DNA of 64,000 bases from Nitrosopumilales archaeon. Lineage in GTDB: Archaea > Thermoproteota > Nitrososphaeria > Nitrososphaerales > Nitrososphaeraceae. Shown here piece by piece: positions 52,963 to 63,873 of this stretch (its first letter is position 1; the number at the start of each line of letters is the position of its first letter). Below the pieces are notes generated by a model. It was not told the DNA's origin. It was given only the letters and a program-made list of their open reading frames with translations, and did no database searches. The DNA lies in contig JBIQJB010000009.1 in assembly GCA_044507735.1 (NCBI GenBank), positions 8,746-72,745 of the forward strand. The letters run 5' to 3'. The position numbers and the translations under genes are program-made.

Positions 52963-53703
52963 ATGGCGAGGATATTCCTAGGGGGCCTATTTGCTACGGT
53001 GGCAGTTCTGGTCGTTGGTGTGGCCATTGCCTTGCCGCCTTTCCTACAGCCACCTCGAGGTCCTCCAATAATGCTTGCCTTCAGCATCACAAAAGAAAAT
53101 GACAACATCTTCGACTGGTGCTCTGGGCTATCTGACATTCTGAGGAACAATGATGTAGATGCAGTTGTCTTCTTCTCGGGAGTAATTGCAGAAAATCATC
53201 CGCAATGTGTCAATTCTTTTGGTGAGAACATTGACATTGGAAGCAGCACATATGGCTACAAGAACCTTGCCGCAATAACAGATTATTCGGAAAAACTCAA
53301 GGAAGTGCAAAATGGCAAGAATGCGGTTGACTTTGCAGGAGATCTCGATTCGAAATCATTCAGAGCACCATATGGAAGCGTGGATGATGACATTTACTCG
53401 CTATTAGGCCGTTCTGGGATACTCGCCGACTTCTCTTACACCGATCGATATCACAAGTACTATCAAGGCAACTTCATCTGGTTCAGGATTACTGTTTACA
53501 ACGCATCGTCTATTTCTGGAGAATACATTCGAGCGTCGCAATACAATGAAGATGACAGGCCAATCCAAATCGACATAGATAACACCGTACCTCTGAGCAA
53601 GATTCAGGAAATCATTGACGCGCTAAAAGACAAACGGGCGAATTTCCTCAATGCGTCAGAGCTGACTGGCATTGAATTGACCGTACGAGGAGGTAGACAA
53701 TAA
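52963..53703 (+). CDS. membrane-anchored NodB/polysaccharide-deacetylase-like protein, probably inactive
   Basis: AVVFFSG, IDIGSSTY and FRAPYG; the metal ligands are replaced. Confidence 0.75.
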   Translation: MARIFLGGLFATVAVLVVGVAIALPPFLQPPRGPPIMLAFSITKENDNIFDWCSGLSDILRNNDVDAVVFFSGVIAENHPQCVNSFGENIDIGSSTYGYKNLAAITDYSEKLKEVQNGKNAVDFAGDLDSKSFRAPYGSVDDDIYSLLGRSGILADFSYTDRYHKYYQGNFIWFRITVYNASSISGEYIRASQYNEDDRPIQIDIDNTVPLSKIQEIIDALKDKRANFLNASELTGIELTVRGGRQ

Positions 53704-53704
53704 C

Positions 53705-55108
53705 CTGCAAGTACAAGATCTACAAAAGTTTGAAAATACACAGACGATCGGCGCGGATGGAAGAATTGTAGTAAGAAGGTATGCTAAGGCACTAAGATTC
53801 CTCTTTCTGAGCGGGCTTGTAACATTTCTTGTTATTGGAGGATACAATACCATTGATCTGAATAACCCTTTCATGGTCTATTCAACCATAGTTCCCATAC
53901 ATTCTGTCTTGATCCTGGTAGTTGCTTGGGGGATCTACAAAGACCCTGCACGGGGGCAACTTAGCAATGATCTGGTATCCGTGATAATACCAATCTACAA
54001 CCAAAAATCTATGATCAGGTCAGTAATTGATGCGATATTTCGGTCTACATACCAAAACATCGAGATCATTGCAGTGAATGACGGGAGTAAAGATGGAACA
54101 AAGGAAGTCTTGAATGAGCTAGCTCTGAAATATCCTGGTCTTAAGGTTATTCATAAAGAGAATGCAGGAAAACGAAAAGCAGTTGGAACAGGATTTGCAG
54201 CTTCAAAAGGCCGGTTTGTTGTGTTTATTGACTCCGACAGCATTGTCCATCCAAACGCGATAGAGCAATTCGTAAAGACATTCAACAGTGACGAGCGGAT
54301 CGGAGCAGTTGTGGGAAATGCAAGAGCATGGAATGCAAATAATAATCTCCTTTCAAGACTCCAGTCGGTCTGGTACGACATCCAGTTCAACATACACAAG
54401 GCTTGTGAAAGCACATTTGGTCTCGTTATTTGCTGTTCCGGCTGTCTGTGTGCATATAGGCGCGAGGCCATAAGCGAGTTTATTCCACGCTGGGTTAACG
54501 CCAAGGTAATCATTGGAGATGATAGAGAACTAACATCATTTGTGACTGCGAAGTCCTGGGCAAAACCTGATCTGCTTTCGCATTTTGCGCAAGTGAACTT
54601 GGAAAAGGCAGCAAAATATGATGATGCAGAAGACAGGATTCTTACAGCGCAAACTATAGTACAGTGGAAGGCGGTATATGTTGCATCGGCGGTTGTCTTT
54701 ACCGACGTTCCTGAAAGATTCAAGGGATTCATTAAGCAGCAAATCCGGTGGAAGAGGGGGTATCTGCGCGCTCAGTTCTTTGTAAGCTCATTCTTTTGGC
54801 ACAACAACCCAATCATGGCATTCATATTCTATCTCGAATTCATGGCATCACTTACCATGCCACTCATCATTTTCACGGTTCTTGTGTACGAGCCGTTTTT
54901 CAGAGGAGAATATATGTTTAGCATTTTCTTCGTGATATCGCACATGGTGACTGGTATGATTGAAGCAACTGATTCAAAGTTTAGAAATCCTAACGATCCT
55001 AACTGGAAATACAAGCCACTGATGAACGTATTGTCAACAACGGTACTTTCTTGGTTGGTAGTCTATTCCTGGCTTACACTGAAGACCGACAAGTGGGGGA
55101 CGAGATAA
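53705..55108 (+). CDS. processive GT2 glycosyltransferase (NodC/hyaluronan/PNAG-synthase-like), probable CTG start
   Basis: NDGSKD, GKR, FIDSD, EDR and QQIRW; the frame is open from CTG 53705 (SD GGAGGT) and adds a TM helix. Confidence 0.9.
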   Translation: MQVQDLQKFENTQTIGADGRIVVRRYAKALRFLFLSGLVTFLVIGGYNTIDLNNPFMVYSTIVPIHSVLILVVAWGIYKDPARGQLSNDLVSVIIPIYNQKSMIRSVIDAIFRSTYQNIEIIAVNDGSKDGTKEVLNELALKYPGLKVIHKENAGKRKAVGTGFAASKGRFVVFIDSDSIVHPNAIEQFVKTFNSDERIGAVVGNARAWNANNNLLSRLQSVWYDIQFNIHKACESTFGLVICCSGCLCAYRREAISEFIPRWVNAKVIIGDDRELTSFVTAKSWAKPDLLSHFAQVNLEKAAKYDDAEDRILTAQTIVQWKAVYVASAVVFTDVPERFKGFIKQQIRWKRGYLRAQFFVSSFFWHNNPIMAFIFYLEFMASLTMPLIIFTVLVYEPFFRGEYMFSIFFVISHMVTGMIEATDSKFRNPNDPNWKYKPLMNVLSTTVLSWLVVYSWLTLKTDKWGTR

Positions 55109-55411
55109 TTGATCCAACTTGCGGCTTCATCATTTGAGATTCTGCGCAGTCCTGGTCAACATCGATCGAATTCTAAACAAGAGCTATTGTCTGGCTATGT
55201 GTGCATAGAAAGCAACGATTCGAAATCACTCCAAGCATTAGGGAACCTGTGTACTGGGGAAACGATTGATAACGTTGTCATCATTTACCGGGACTACGCC
55301 TTTTCGTTAACTGGGGCGTCATTCAGCGACATCAGCGCACAATGCCTGGAGACGACGCATTCCTTCAAGTTTGATGCACTGGATATTCATCTTGTAGGCG
55401 TCCACATCTAG
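55109..55411 (+). CDS. hypothetical protein
   Basis: 100-aa ORF abutting the GT2 stop. Confidence 0.45.
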   Translation: MIQLAASSFEILRSPGQHRSNSKQELLSGYVCIESNDSKSLQALGNLCTGETIDNVVIIYRDYAFSLTGASFSDISAQCLETTHSFKFDALDIHLVGVHI

Positions 55412-55470
55412 AAATGTCCAAAAAAGGGGACAAGAGCTAGAATATAGCTACAGAAGGTTAATATACATAA

Positions 55471-55668
55471 TTGTGCCATAAGACGGATACTATGGTAGGA
55501 TCTATGGTCCTTTGCAAATTATGCAAGACTCCTCTTAGCTACAAAGAGCAATTCATAGGACACCATATATTCTCCCACGAATTCAGGGTCGAAGATGCAG
55601 AACGCGCATGGCAGCTGACCACTAGCAATTCAATTCCTTATCCAAGCGGAGGTGTATCCAGCGAGTGA
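55471..55668 (+). CDS. small C2H2 Zn-finger protein
   Basis: CKLC...FIGHHIFSH. Confidence 0.7.
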   Translation: MCHKTDTMVGSMVLCKLCKTPLSYKEQFIGHHIFSHEFRVEDAERAWQLTTSNSIPYPSGGVSSE

Positions 55669-55796
55669 TCCTGTGCATGAAATGCTACCGCAAGACTGGA
55701 ATAGCATACAACGAAATGTGCTACCGCTGCTACAGGAGAATCAGAAGGATGCCTGCACACAAAGTCTTGGAGGCGAACAGAATTGTCCGTGATTAA
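55665..55796 (+). CDS. 43-aa Zn-finger micro-protein, absent from the ORF track
   Basis: MILCMKCYRKTGIAYNEMCYRCYRRIRRMPAHKVLEANRIVRD; GTGA overlap and SD GGAGGTG. Confidence 0.65.
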   Translation: MILCMKCYRKTGIAYNEMCYRCYRRIRRMPAHKVLEANRIVRD

Positions 55797-56035
55797 GCCA
55801 TGTGTTTATTGCTGCAGTCCTGTTACCATTACAGACAAGGAAGAAGGGTCCTTCAGATCTCACGGCATTAATCTGGCCACGCTGCGTGTTTCCTGCTCCT
55901 CGTGTAGCAACCGGAAAATACAGCCTGTGCAATCTGAAGACGGCTGATTAGCCACACCCTTTTTACTGCGATGGGACGCGAAGCTGACTGGCAGCCACCA
56001 GTGGCCTATCTCTTAAATAACTACGGAAATCATAT

Positions 56036-57136
56036 TTGATTGTGGCAGAGAAAGCCAAGCTAGCTTGGAAGCCGCGCGTTGCAGGCCTGAAAAATAACTT
56101 GCTTTTTCACTGCGACAACCTCCGCTGCATCAATTATCTGCTCAAACATGGCTTTGAAGGCAAGATTGACCTGGTCTACATCGATCCTCCCTTTTTGACA
56201 GGCGAGCGATATTTTCATCGTATTGAAAACAACAGCAGCGTTGCGTTCGATGATCTCTGGGATCGCGACAAATACCTCGAAATGATGTATGAACGTCTAA
56301 GCGGGATCCGCGAGCTGCTATCATCAGCAGGCACGATCTTTGTCCATCTGGACTGGCACGCCGTCCACTATGTCAAGGTGATAATGGACCGGATCTTTGG
56401 ACCTGAAAACTTCAGGAATGAAATCATTGTACGAAGGGGCCGAACAAAGAACCTGCAGTACCAGTTTGATTCGATAGATAGGATGCACGCAGCGTATGAT
56501 TCGATATTGTGGTACACCAAGTCTCCAAAGACCAAATTTTCCCTGCCCCTTGCAGAGCATCACTCAAAATCAAAGTGGATGGGGTTCTGGAGCAACGTCG
56601 ACAGGCCCACAATGCGTTATGAAATCTTTGGAGTCAGACCTGAAAGAGGGCAGTGGAAGTGGACAAGAGCGAGGGCGCTCATGGCCATAGCAAATTACAA
56701 AAAGTATGAGCGGAAATTTTCGGAAAAAATGACACTTGAGCAGTACTGGGAGTCGACGTGCAGGAAGCTGGAATTTGTGCGCAAGCGGCCCACTGTGAAG
56801 TATGCCGAGTATTGGATCCCTCCCAAGACGCACAGGATAATCGACAACGTCTGGCTCGATGTACACGCTTACAGCTATTCGACAGGCTATGGGACAGAAA
56901 AGCACCCAGAGCTCTTAGAGCGGATTATCGGTCAGTTCTCAAGACGGGGTGATCTGGTGGCAGACTTTTTCTGCGGATCTGGCACGACGCTGGCAGTGGC
57001 GCAAAAAATGGGCCGGCGTTGGATTGGCTGCGACTCTTCAAAAGAGGCGGTATCTGTTACAAAGAAGCGCATCGGAGGTGGCTTTGCTCTTGTGAATATC
57101 CATAATGGTTCCGTTAAGCCTTGGCCTGATGGCTGA
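56036..57136 (+). CDS. beta-class DNA amino-methyltransferase (Mod-like), no adjacent nuclease
   Basis: LVYIDPPF before DFFCGSGTT; FRNEII. Confidence 0.92.
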   Translation: MIVAEKAKLAWKPRVAGLKNNLLFHCDNLRCINYLLKHGFEGKIDLVYIDPPFLTGERYFHRIENNSSVAFDDLWDRDKYLEMMYERLSGIRELLSSAGTIFVHLDWHAVHYVKVIMDRIFGPENFRNEIIVRRGRTKNLQYQFDSIDRMHAAYDSILWYTKSPKTKFSLPLAEHHSKSKWMGFWSNVDRPTMRYEIFGVRPERGQWKWTRARALMAIANYKKYERKFSEKMTLEQYWESTCRKLEFVRKRPTVKYAEYWIPPKTHRIIDNVWLDVHAYSYSTGYGTEKHPELLERIIGQFSRRGDLVADFFCGSGTTLAVAQKMGRRWIGCDSSKEAVSVTKKRIGGGFALVNIHNGSVKPWPDG

Positions 57137-57380
57137 AACTTGCTTTTCTCCATCGATTCCCGATGTACTTGTGCCTGGCATGTTGGAGCTAGTTATTTTG
57201 GGTTGAGAACGGTTGGAATCGCTCCTGCACCCCGGCTGTCAATGCTATAAGTGAATCTATCGTCTCTGGGATGGAAATAATAGAAACGTACAGACACACA
57301 CTTGTGTGAGGAGACTGCGCCTATATCCGATACAACTGCATACATTAATTAAACAGGCGAGCATCTGATGGTACTGCTGA

Positions 57381-57815
57381 ATGAGCAAGTCGCAGTATGC
57401 CGAGTATGAACAGTTGCTAAAGAGGCTGCAGGACAAGCTGGGCGGTACTGCAAAGAAAGCAAGGTCAAGGTTGGAGATCCCAGAGCCGCAGATCATCTGG
57501 GTCGGCAAGAACACTATATTCCGCAACTTTATGGAGTTCCCAAAGGCGCTCAGGCGCGACCCTGAGAAACTATTACTCTACCTTAACAAAGAGCTGGCAT
57601 CTGCGGGATACATCGCTGGCGAGCGGGTGATATTTCTCGGGCGCAAGACCCCGTCGTCTTTCGGGGCCCTGATCGACCGCTACGTCAAGGACTATGTCCT
57701 GTGCCCCGTGTGCGGAAGCCCTGACACGCATACTGAGAAGAGCAAGCCCAAGGTGGCGTTCCTAATCTGCGAAGCATGCGGCGCAAAGTCGTCGATAAAG
57801 GGCAATTATGCCTAG
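57381..57815 (+). CDS. eif2b: translation initiation factor aIF-2 beta
   Basis: NTIFRNF, LNKELA and YVLCPVCGSPDT...CEACGA. Confidence 0.95.
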   Translation: MSKSQYAEYEQLLKRLQDKLGGTAKKARSRLEIPEPQIIWVGKNTIFRNFMEFPKALRRDPEKLLLYLNKELASAGYIAGERVIFLGRKTPSSFGALIDRYVKDYVLCPVCGSPDTHTEKSKPKVAFLICEACGAKSSIKGNYA

Positions 57816-58030
57816 GTCTTTCCAGTCGACAAAAAGTCGTAATTATACAAGTCCCTGATCCATGCATTCACCACGGACGTGTCGCGATGGTAGGATGCTT
57901 TTATCTGGGCGTTCATCTCGTTAAATTCGGCTACCTTTCTCTTTACAGAATGGTTCCTGCTCTTGATGTGCTGTTCAACAGCTGAAGTGCTGATGATTTC
58001 GTCGCAAATGTTGCACCTGATCTTCTCCAT
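57812..58030 (-). CDS. small C2H2 Zn-finger protein
   Basis: CNIC...QHIKSRNH. Confidence 0.75.
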   Translation of the reverse strand: MEKIRCNICDEIISTSAVEQHIKSRNHSVKRKVAEFNEMNAQIKASYHRDTSVVNAWIRDLYNYDFLSTGKT

Positions 58031-58093
58031 GCCTTATCGCATTTCACCAGTGTTATGTATTGCAATACCAAGCCAGCTTGGCGCATTCGTCAG

Positions 58094-58624
58094 CTATTTT
58101 TGATCAGCAGGGGCAGGGTCTCGTATATTGTCAAGCACATACTTTAACTCCGGATCGCTTGTCAACTCCTTCAGGAATCCTCTTACTATTTGCCTTGTAG
58201 TGCGCTCTGCTGCGCCTTCGCCTCTATGCTGTACGTTGACGACATAGTCATAGACGAACGGGCTGATATACAGAGAACATACGTCTGCGATCCAGCTGAG
58301 CAGTGTCGCTGTGCTCTCATCTTCAAGCATTGCCTGCCGCTTTTGTTCAAACATTCTCCCGATGACGCGCACGTTATAGAGGTACATCTTTTTCCCGGTC
58401 TCTTGGTCTACACCAGTAAAGAGCACGGAGTCCTTTTCGTCATAGATCAAGCCAAACGACACGTTGTACGGCATTTTGACGTGTTTGCTCTTTGGCGCGT
58501 ATTCGAACAGCTCGTCCATCAGGGCCTTGAGGAGCGAATAGAATCTTTCGACACTCCTTTGCTTTTCGTCGTTCTCTTCCTTCTTCCTCTTTATCAGGCC
58601 CACTTCAGTGTAACTGCCGCACAC
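58094..58624 (-). CDS. hypothetical protein
   Basis: 176-aa ORF with protein-like composition. Confidence 0.7.
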   Translation of the reverse strand: MCGSYTEVGLIKRKKEENDEKQRSVERFYSLLKALMDELFEYAPKSKHVKMPYNVSFGLIYDEKDSVLFTGVDQETGKKMYLYNVRVIGRMFEQKRQAMLEDESTATLLSWIADVCSLYISPFVYDYVVNVQHRGEGAAERTTRQIVRGFLKELTSDPELKYVLDNIRDPAPADQK

Positions 58625-58806
58625 GGGTTATAAAATTGCCAGCGTTCGAGTATGCGCAAAATCTTGTAAAAATATGAGACGAATTGCCTCAAGTGATAAT
58701 TTTTTTCAGTATCTGTCTCATGGCTCGCCCCATGTCAACTGATTTCACTACGGTATTTGAGAAAGTTGACTACCGGTGCTAAGTACAAACCCGGAATTAT
58801 CTCAGC

Positions 58807-59025
58807 ATGACAGCCATAATGTCACTCCACAACGAAACCGCAAGCAGAAGCAACTTCACCACCGGCCAGAGCTGGGGCGCACTGAGAAAGGCATGGAAGG
58901 GATACAGGATCGCCAAAGTCCAAGGCGACAACGCCAAGATGAGGGAATACGCCACCAAGATCCGCAAGCTCCAGGGCGAATTGGGAATCAGCGTTGCTTC
59001 GTTTCCGCACTTAGGCATTAACTAA
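58807..59025 (+). CDS. small helical hypothetical protein
   Basis: 72 aa; GQSWGALRKAWKGY...IRKLQGELG; T-rich terminator follows. Confidence 0.75.
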   Translation: MTAIMSLHNETASRSNFTTGQSWGALRKAWKGYRIAKVQGDNAKMREYATKIRKLQGELGISVASFPHLGIN

Positions 59026-59067
59026 GTGCGGTCTTTCTTTTATTTTCCTCTTGTCCGCCTCATATTA

Positions 59068-59505
59068 CTACCCATAGATCGAACTGTTATTGCCTGACAG
59101 ATGCTGTTTTAGCTTCATCTCGATCTGTGCCTTTGGGAGCGCTCCTATCATAACGTCGACTACCTTTCCACCCTTGAATATCATCATCGTGGGGATGCTC
59201 TGGATTCCAAAAGACCCAGCTACCATCTGATTCTCATCAACGTTGAGCTTGCCAAACGCGATCTTGCCTGAATATTCCCTCGCCAGCTGCTCGATGATGG
59301 GCGATACCATCCTGCAGGGGCCGCACCACGGTGCCCAAAAGTCGACAAGCATTATGGGATACTTTGAAACCTCGCTGTTGAAATTAGAGTCCGTGAGGAC
59401 CACCGGCTCGGTGAGAGAAGACATCATTGCCCTCGTAGCCGCGGCCTTTTGCAGCTCTGCCATCTTTTTCTGCTTTATCGCCTCAAGCTCTTCGTCTGAA
59501 CTCAT
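59068..59505 (-). CDS. trxA: thioredoxin
   Basis: WAPWCGPC and IQSIPT. Confidence 0.97.
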   Translation of the reverse strand: MSSDEELEAIKQKKMAELQKAAATRAMMSSLTEPVVLTDSNFNSEVSKYPIMLVDFWAPWCGPCRMVSPIIEQLAREYSGKIAFGKLNVDENQMVAGSFGIQSIPTMMIFKGGKVVDVMIGALPKAQIEMKLKQHLSGNNSSIYG

Positions 59506-59586
59506 GTAGTGAAGAATTGCACGAAAGTGGCTATATTCCTTACCGGGCGATACGTATTATTGTCTGATCCACATTTGGGGTATGCG

Positions 59587-60186
59587 TTGGAAAAAGGGGA
59601 GGAGGATGGTACTCTGGAGCAAGAACCTCAAGATGAAAAGACTACTGAGAATGATCTAGAGGCATTGAGAGCAGAACTCCACTCTGTGAAGGAAGAACTG
59701 AAAAAGGCAAAGGAATCATCGGAGGGCAGCCTCAATAAGCTCAAGTACCTCATGGCTGATTTTGACAACTATCGCAAGCAAATGGAAAAGCAGGCCGCCT
59801 CAAAGGTCGAGACTGCCAAAGCCGAGTTGCTGCTAAAGTTTCTCAATATAAGGGACGATTACCTGAGGGCTCTGTCTGTGGCAAAGCAGGCCAAGACCGA
59901 GGCCGTCGTCATTGAGGGGCTGGAGGGGATACTGAAGAACATCGACTCGCTTCTCGCATCAGAAGGCGTGCGAGAAATCGAGACTGTTGGCACGCCCTTT
60001 GACCCCAACGTGCACGATGCCATAGCCTATTCGGCCAGGGACGACGTAGAGGAGAATACTGTAACCGCCGAGATTAGAAAGGGCTACATCCTCAACTCAA
60101 AGGTGCTCCGGCCAAGCCTTGTTGAAATCTCCAAGAAGATAGTTAAAAATAGCGTTTCTGACACTACACAGGAAGTAGATAGGTGA
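59587..60186 (+). CDS. grpE: nucleotide exchange factor GrpE
   Basis: [16 protein letters not shown] and KGY...KVLRPS. Confidence 0.96.
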   Translation: MEKGEEDGTLEQEPQDEKTTENDLEALRAELHSVKEELKKAKESSEGSLNKLKYLMADFDNYRKQMEKQAASKVETAKAELLLKFLNIRDDYLRALSVAKQAKTEAVVIEGLEGILKNIDSLLASEGVREIETVGTPFDPNVHDAIAYSARDDVEENTVTAEIRKGYILNSKVLRPSLVEISKKIVKNSVSDTTQEVDR

Positions 60187-60193
60187 TAACAAT

Positions 60194-62053
60194 ATGGGCA
60201 AGATAATAGGCATTGATCTTGGAACTAGCAACTCGGCAGCCGCTGTGATGATGGGCGGCAAGCCAACTATTATTCAGGCAGCAGAAGGCACGTCCGTAGG
60301 CGGCAAGTCGTTCCCGTCTGTGGTAGCCTTTACAAAAGATGGCCAGCTTATCGTCGGGGAGCCCGCTCGCCGCCAGATGCTCTCAAACCCTGAAGGGACT
60401 GTCATCGCGGCAAAGCGCAAGATGGGAACCGACTTTAAATTCAAGGTGTTTGGCAAGGAATACACGCCACAGCAGATATCGTCCTTTATCCTGCAAAAGA
60501 TAAAGCGAGACGCGGAGGCGTTCCTTGGCGAAACAGTTGACCGCGCCGTCATTACCGTGCCGGCGTATTTCAATGACAACCAGCGCCAGGCGACAAAGGA
60601 TGCAGGCGAGATCGCCGGTCTGCAGGTAGTGCGCATTATCAATGAGCCGACAGCCGCATCTCTCGCATACGGCCTTGACAAGGCGAACAAGGACCTGAAG
60701 ATCATGGTCTTTGACCTTGGCGGAGGGACGCTCGATGTCACCATCATGGAGATGGGCGGCGGCGTGTTCCAGGTAAAGTCAACATCGGGCGATACACAGC
60801 TTGGCGGAACCGACATGGACAACGTGCTTGTAGAATACGTCCTCCAGGAATTCCGCAAGCAATCTGGCCTCGATGTAAGGAATGACCAGGCTGCCATGAT
60901 GAGGATAAGGGAAGCGGCAGAAAAGGCCAAGATAGAGCTTTCAAACGTGGTCACAACAGAGATCAACCTGCCATTCCTTGCCTATGACCCGCAAAGTGGG
61001 CCAAAGAACCTCATCTTGCAGCTGACAAGGGCCAAACTCGAAGAGCTGCTCAAGCCCATTGTTGAGCGGTGCAGGCAGCCTATGTTGCAGGCGATTCAGG
61101 ACGCCAAGCTGACGCCGGCAGACATTGACAAGATCATATTGATTGGGGGTCCCACCAGGATGCCGATGGTGAGGCAGTTTGTGGCGTCCGTCATGAACAA
61201 GGAGCCAGAGAGGGGCATCGACCCGATGGAGGCCGTGGCCATGGGCGCGGCAGTGCAGGGCGCAATAATTGCTGGCGACGTTTCCACCGACATCCTGCTG
61301 GTGGACGTGACTCCGCTGACGCTTGGAGTCGAAGTGCTTGGCGGACTAAAAGAGGCACTCATCGAGCGCAACACCACTATTCCGACCAAGAAGAGCAAGG
61401 TCTTCACCACCGCAGCAGACTACCAGACGGCTGTGACGATACATGTGGTGCAGGGCGAGCGCCCGATGGCGGCTGATTGTGTGTCGCTGGGCATGTTCAA
61501 CCTGTCTGGAATCCCGCCAGCGCCGAGAGGCGTGCCCCAGATAGAAGTCACCTTTGACATTGACGCAAACGGCATACTGAATGTCAGCGCTAAGGACTTG
61601 GCTACCCAGAAGGAAGCCAAGATCACGATAACCGCAAACAACAAGCTGTCCAAGGATGATATTGAGAAGCTCAAACGCGAATCGGAGCAGTTCGCCGAGG
61701 CCGACAAGAGGAAAAAGGAGGAGGCCGAGGTTCGCAACGAGGCAGATAACCTCATTTATGCCGCAGACAAGCTGGTCAAACAGGACCTCAAGGACAAGGT
61801 CAAACCAGAGCAGGCAGAGCGGGTGAACAAGCTGATACAGGAGCTGCGCGATGCGATTTCAAGCAACAATATTGAGACAATCAAGGCAAAGGTTCAGGAG
61901 CTGAAAAATGTGCTGGCAGAAATCAGCACAGCGGCCTACCAGGGCGCCGGAGCAACTACGGGGGCCGCAACGGGCCCGCAGTCCGGCGGAGCTTCTGAAG
62001 CAGGGCCTGGCTTTGCGGGCGGAACCGCTGCAGGTCCAAACCCCAACCCGTGA
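60194..62053 (+). CDS. dnaK: chaperone DnaK
   Basis: [20 protein letters not shown] and [10 protein letters not shown]. Confidence 0.99.
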   Translation: MGKIIGIDLGTSNSAAAVMMGGKPTIIQAAEGTSVGGKSFPSVVAFTKDGQLIVGEPARRQMLSNPEGTVIAAKRKMGTDFKFKVFGKEYTPQQISSFILQKIKRDAEAFLGETVDRAVITVPAYFNDNQRQATKDAGEIAGLQVVRIINEPTAASLAYGLDKANKDLKIMVFDLGGGTLDVTIMEMGGGVFQVKSTSGDTQLGGTDMDNVLVEYVLQEFRKQSGLDVRNDQAAMMRIREAAEKAKIELSNVVTTEINLPFLAYDPQSGPKNLILQLTRAKLEELLKPIVERCRQPMLQAIQDAKLTPADIDKIILIGGPTRMPMVRQFVASVMNKEPERGIDPMEAVAMGAAVQGAIIAGDVSTDILLVDVTPLTLGVEVLGGLKEALIERNTTIPTKKSKVFTTAADYQTAVTIHVVQGERPMAADCVSLGMFNLSGIPPAPRGVPQIEVTFDIDANGILNVSAKDLATQKEAKITITANNKLSKDDIEKLKRESEQFAEADKRKKEEAEVRNEADNLIYAADKLVKQDLKDKVKPEQAERVNKLIQELRDAISSNNIETIKAKVQELKNVLAEISTAAYQGAGATTGAATGPQSGGASEAGPGFAGGTAAGPNPNP

Positions 62054-62085
62054 AACTAATTGATAACACAGCGCGGTGAACACCC

Positions 62086-63201
62086 TTGAGCAACAAGCGG
62101 GACTACTACGAAGTCCTAGGATTGCAAAAGGGCGCTAGCAAGGAAGAGATAAAGAATGCCTATCGAAAGCTGGCGCTGCAGTACCACCCAGACAGGAACA
62201 AGGAAAAAGGAGCAGAAGAAAGGTTCAAAGAGATATCTGAAGCGTATGCTGTGCTCTCTGACGACGAGAAACGTAAGCGCTATGATACATATGGCCACGT
62301 TGGTCAGGAAGAAGTCTTCCGCGGCTCTGAAGCGAACTTTGACGAGATATTCCGCGATATGGGCTTTGGGGGGTTCCGAGATATCTTTGAGCAGTTTTTC
62401 GGAGGCGGGGGCAGGCGCGGCGGCTTTTTCGGCGAGGACCTCTTTGGTTTTGGCGGCGGCCGTCGCAAAGGGCGCGACATCATTTACGACATGGAGCTCA
62501 CGCTTGAGGATGTGCTCCGAGGCAGAAAGGAAGAGGTTGACGTGCCGCGAATGGGCAGGTGCGGAGAGTGCGGAGGCACCGGCGCGGCGCCGGGAACCAA
62601 ACTGCGCAAGTGCTCCGTGTGCGACGGTCAGGGACAGACCCGGCGCGTCTACAGCCAGAATAGGTTTTCCACCTTTGTAACGCTGGAGCCGTGCAGGACC
62701 TGTCAAGGCCGTGGCCAGATAGTCGAGCGGCCATGCAGCAATTGCAAAGGGGAAGGCAGGGCGCGGCAGGTCAAGAGGATCAAGCTGGAAATTCCTCCTG
62801 GAATGGAGGATGGGATGGCATTTCAGATGCGCGGCGAGGGCGAGATGTCTGACTCTGGCATACCCGGTGACCTAATAGTCAGGATTCACGTAAAGCCGGA
62901 TCCAAGATTTGAGAGGCTCGAGGATGGCCACCTGCTCTACAAACTCGACGCCAAATTCACCGACCTTGCGCTTGGGACCGAGGTCAAGGTGCCTACCATT
63001 GACGGGCAGGAAAAGCTAAAGATCCCTGCAGGCACGCCGGCAGATGCCGTTCTCAGGATAAAGGGCAAAGGTCTTCCGCGTTACGGCAGGTCTGGCAGGG
63101 GAGACCAGCTCGTAAGGATAAACATCAAGATTCCCACCAAGCTCAGCGACAGGCAAAAGTCGCTCCTCAAGGAATTGGACAGGGAGCTTGGCTCGGACTG
63201 A
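62086..63201 (+). CDS. dnaJ: chaperone DnaJ
   Basis: HPD J-domain, G/F region and four CxxCxGxG. Confidence 0.99.
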   Translation: MSNKRDYYEVLGLQKGASKEEIKNAYRKLALQYHPDRNKEKGAEERFKEISEAYAVLSDDEKRKRYDTYGHVGQEEVFRGSEANFDEIFRDMGFGGFRDIFEQFFGGGGRRGGFFGEDLFGFGGGRRKGRDIIYDMELTLEDVLRGRKEEVDVPRMGRCGECGGTGAAPGTKLRKCSVCDGQGQTRRVYSQNRFSTFVTLEPCRTCQGRGQIVERPCSNCKGEGRARQVKRIKLEIPPGMEDGMAFQMRGEGEMSDSGIPGDLIVRIHVKPDPRFERLEDGHLLYKLDAKFTDLALGTEVKVPTIDGQEKLKIPAGTPADAVLRIKGKGLPRYGRSGRGDQLVRINIKIPTKLSDRQKSLLKELDRELGSD

Positions 63202-63242
63202 TACCATTACTTTAAAATATAATTCTGACCCATTTTTACAAC

Positions 63243-63830
63243 ATGTCGTCACCATTTGATGAATGGTTTGGCAGAAGAAGGCGCATTGGATCCTGGTTCC
63301 CAGATATTGACGAGATGATGCGGCAAATGGACAAGATGATGCAGGAGGCGTTCAGAAATATTGAACAGCAGGTTCCAAAGAACCTTGTACGAGAACGCAA
63401 GATGGATGACGGCTCGGTGGTCCGCGAAATGGGGCCAATAGTTTATGGTTATTCTGTCAAGATTGGTCCAGATGGCAAGCCCGAAGTCCGCAAGTTCGGC
63501 AACATTGATGCGTTTCCAAACTTGCTCGGCGGCGGGCTTTCTGTCAAGGAAGAGCGCGAGCCATTGGTTGACGTCATCAAGGGCACTGACGAGATTCGCG
63601 TAGTGGCCGAAGTCCCTGGCGTCAGCAAGGAAAACCTGCGTGTGACTGCCGACGAAAATTCCGTCACAATCGAATCTGTCACCGGACAGCCTCGCTATCA
63701 CAAGCGGGTTGAGCTGCCAGAGACGGTCAACCCTGAGACTGCGAAATCTACATACAAGAACGGAATACTTGAAATTTCGTTCAGACTGAAGGGCAAGGCG
63801 AGCTCGGGCATCAACATCCGCATCGATTAA
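63243..63830 (+). CDS. hsp20: archaeal small heat-shock protein
   Basis: GPIVYGYS..IGPDGKP, REPLVDV and YKNGILEI. Confidence 0.95.
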   Translation: MSSPFDEWFGRRRRIGSWFPDIDEMMRQMDKMMQEAFRNIEQQVPKNLVRERKMDDGSVVREMGPIVYGYSVKIGPDGKPEVRKFGNIDAFPNLLGGGLSVKEEREPLVDVIKGTDEIRVVAEVPGVSKENLRVTADENSVTIESVTGQPRYHKRVELPETVNPETAKSTYKNGILEISFRLKGKASSGINIRID

Positions 63831-63873
63831 GCACAAAACGATATTATATTCGCAAGAACGCAGACGTCCGTGG

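Noticed and set aside
57305-57370. C/D-box sRNA upstream of eif2b (GTGAGGA…CCGA…CTGA)
   Set aside because: The boxes are imperfect and the guide complementarity is unconvincing
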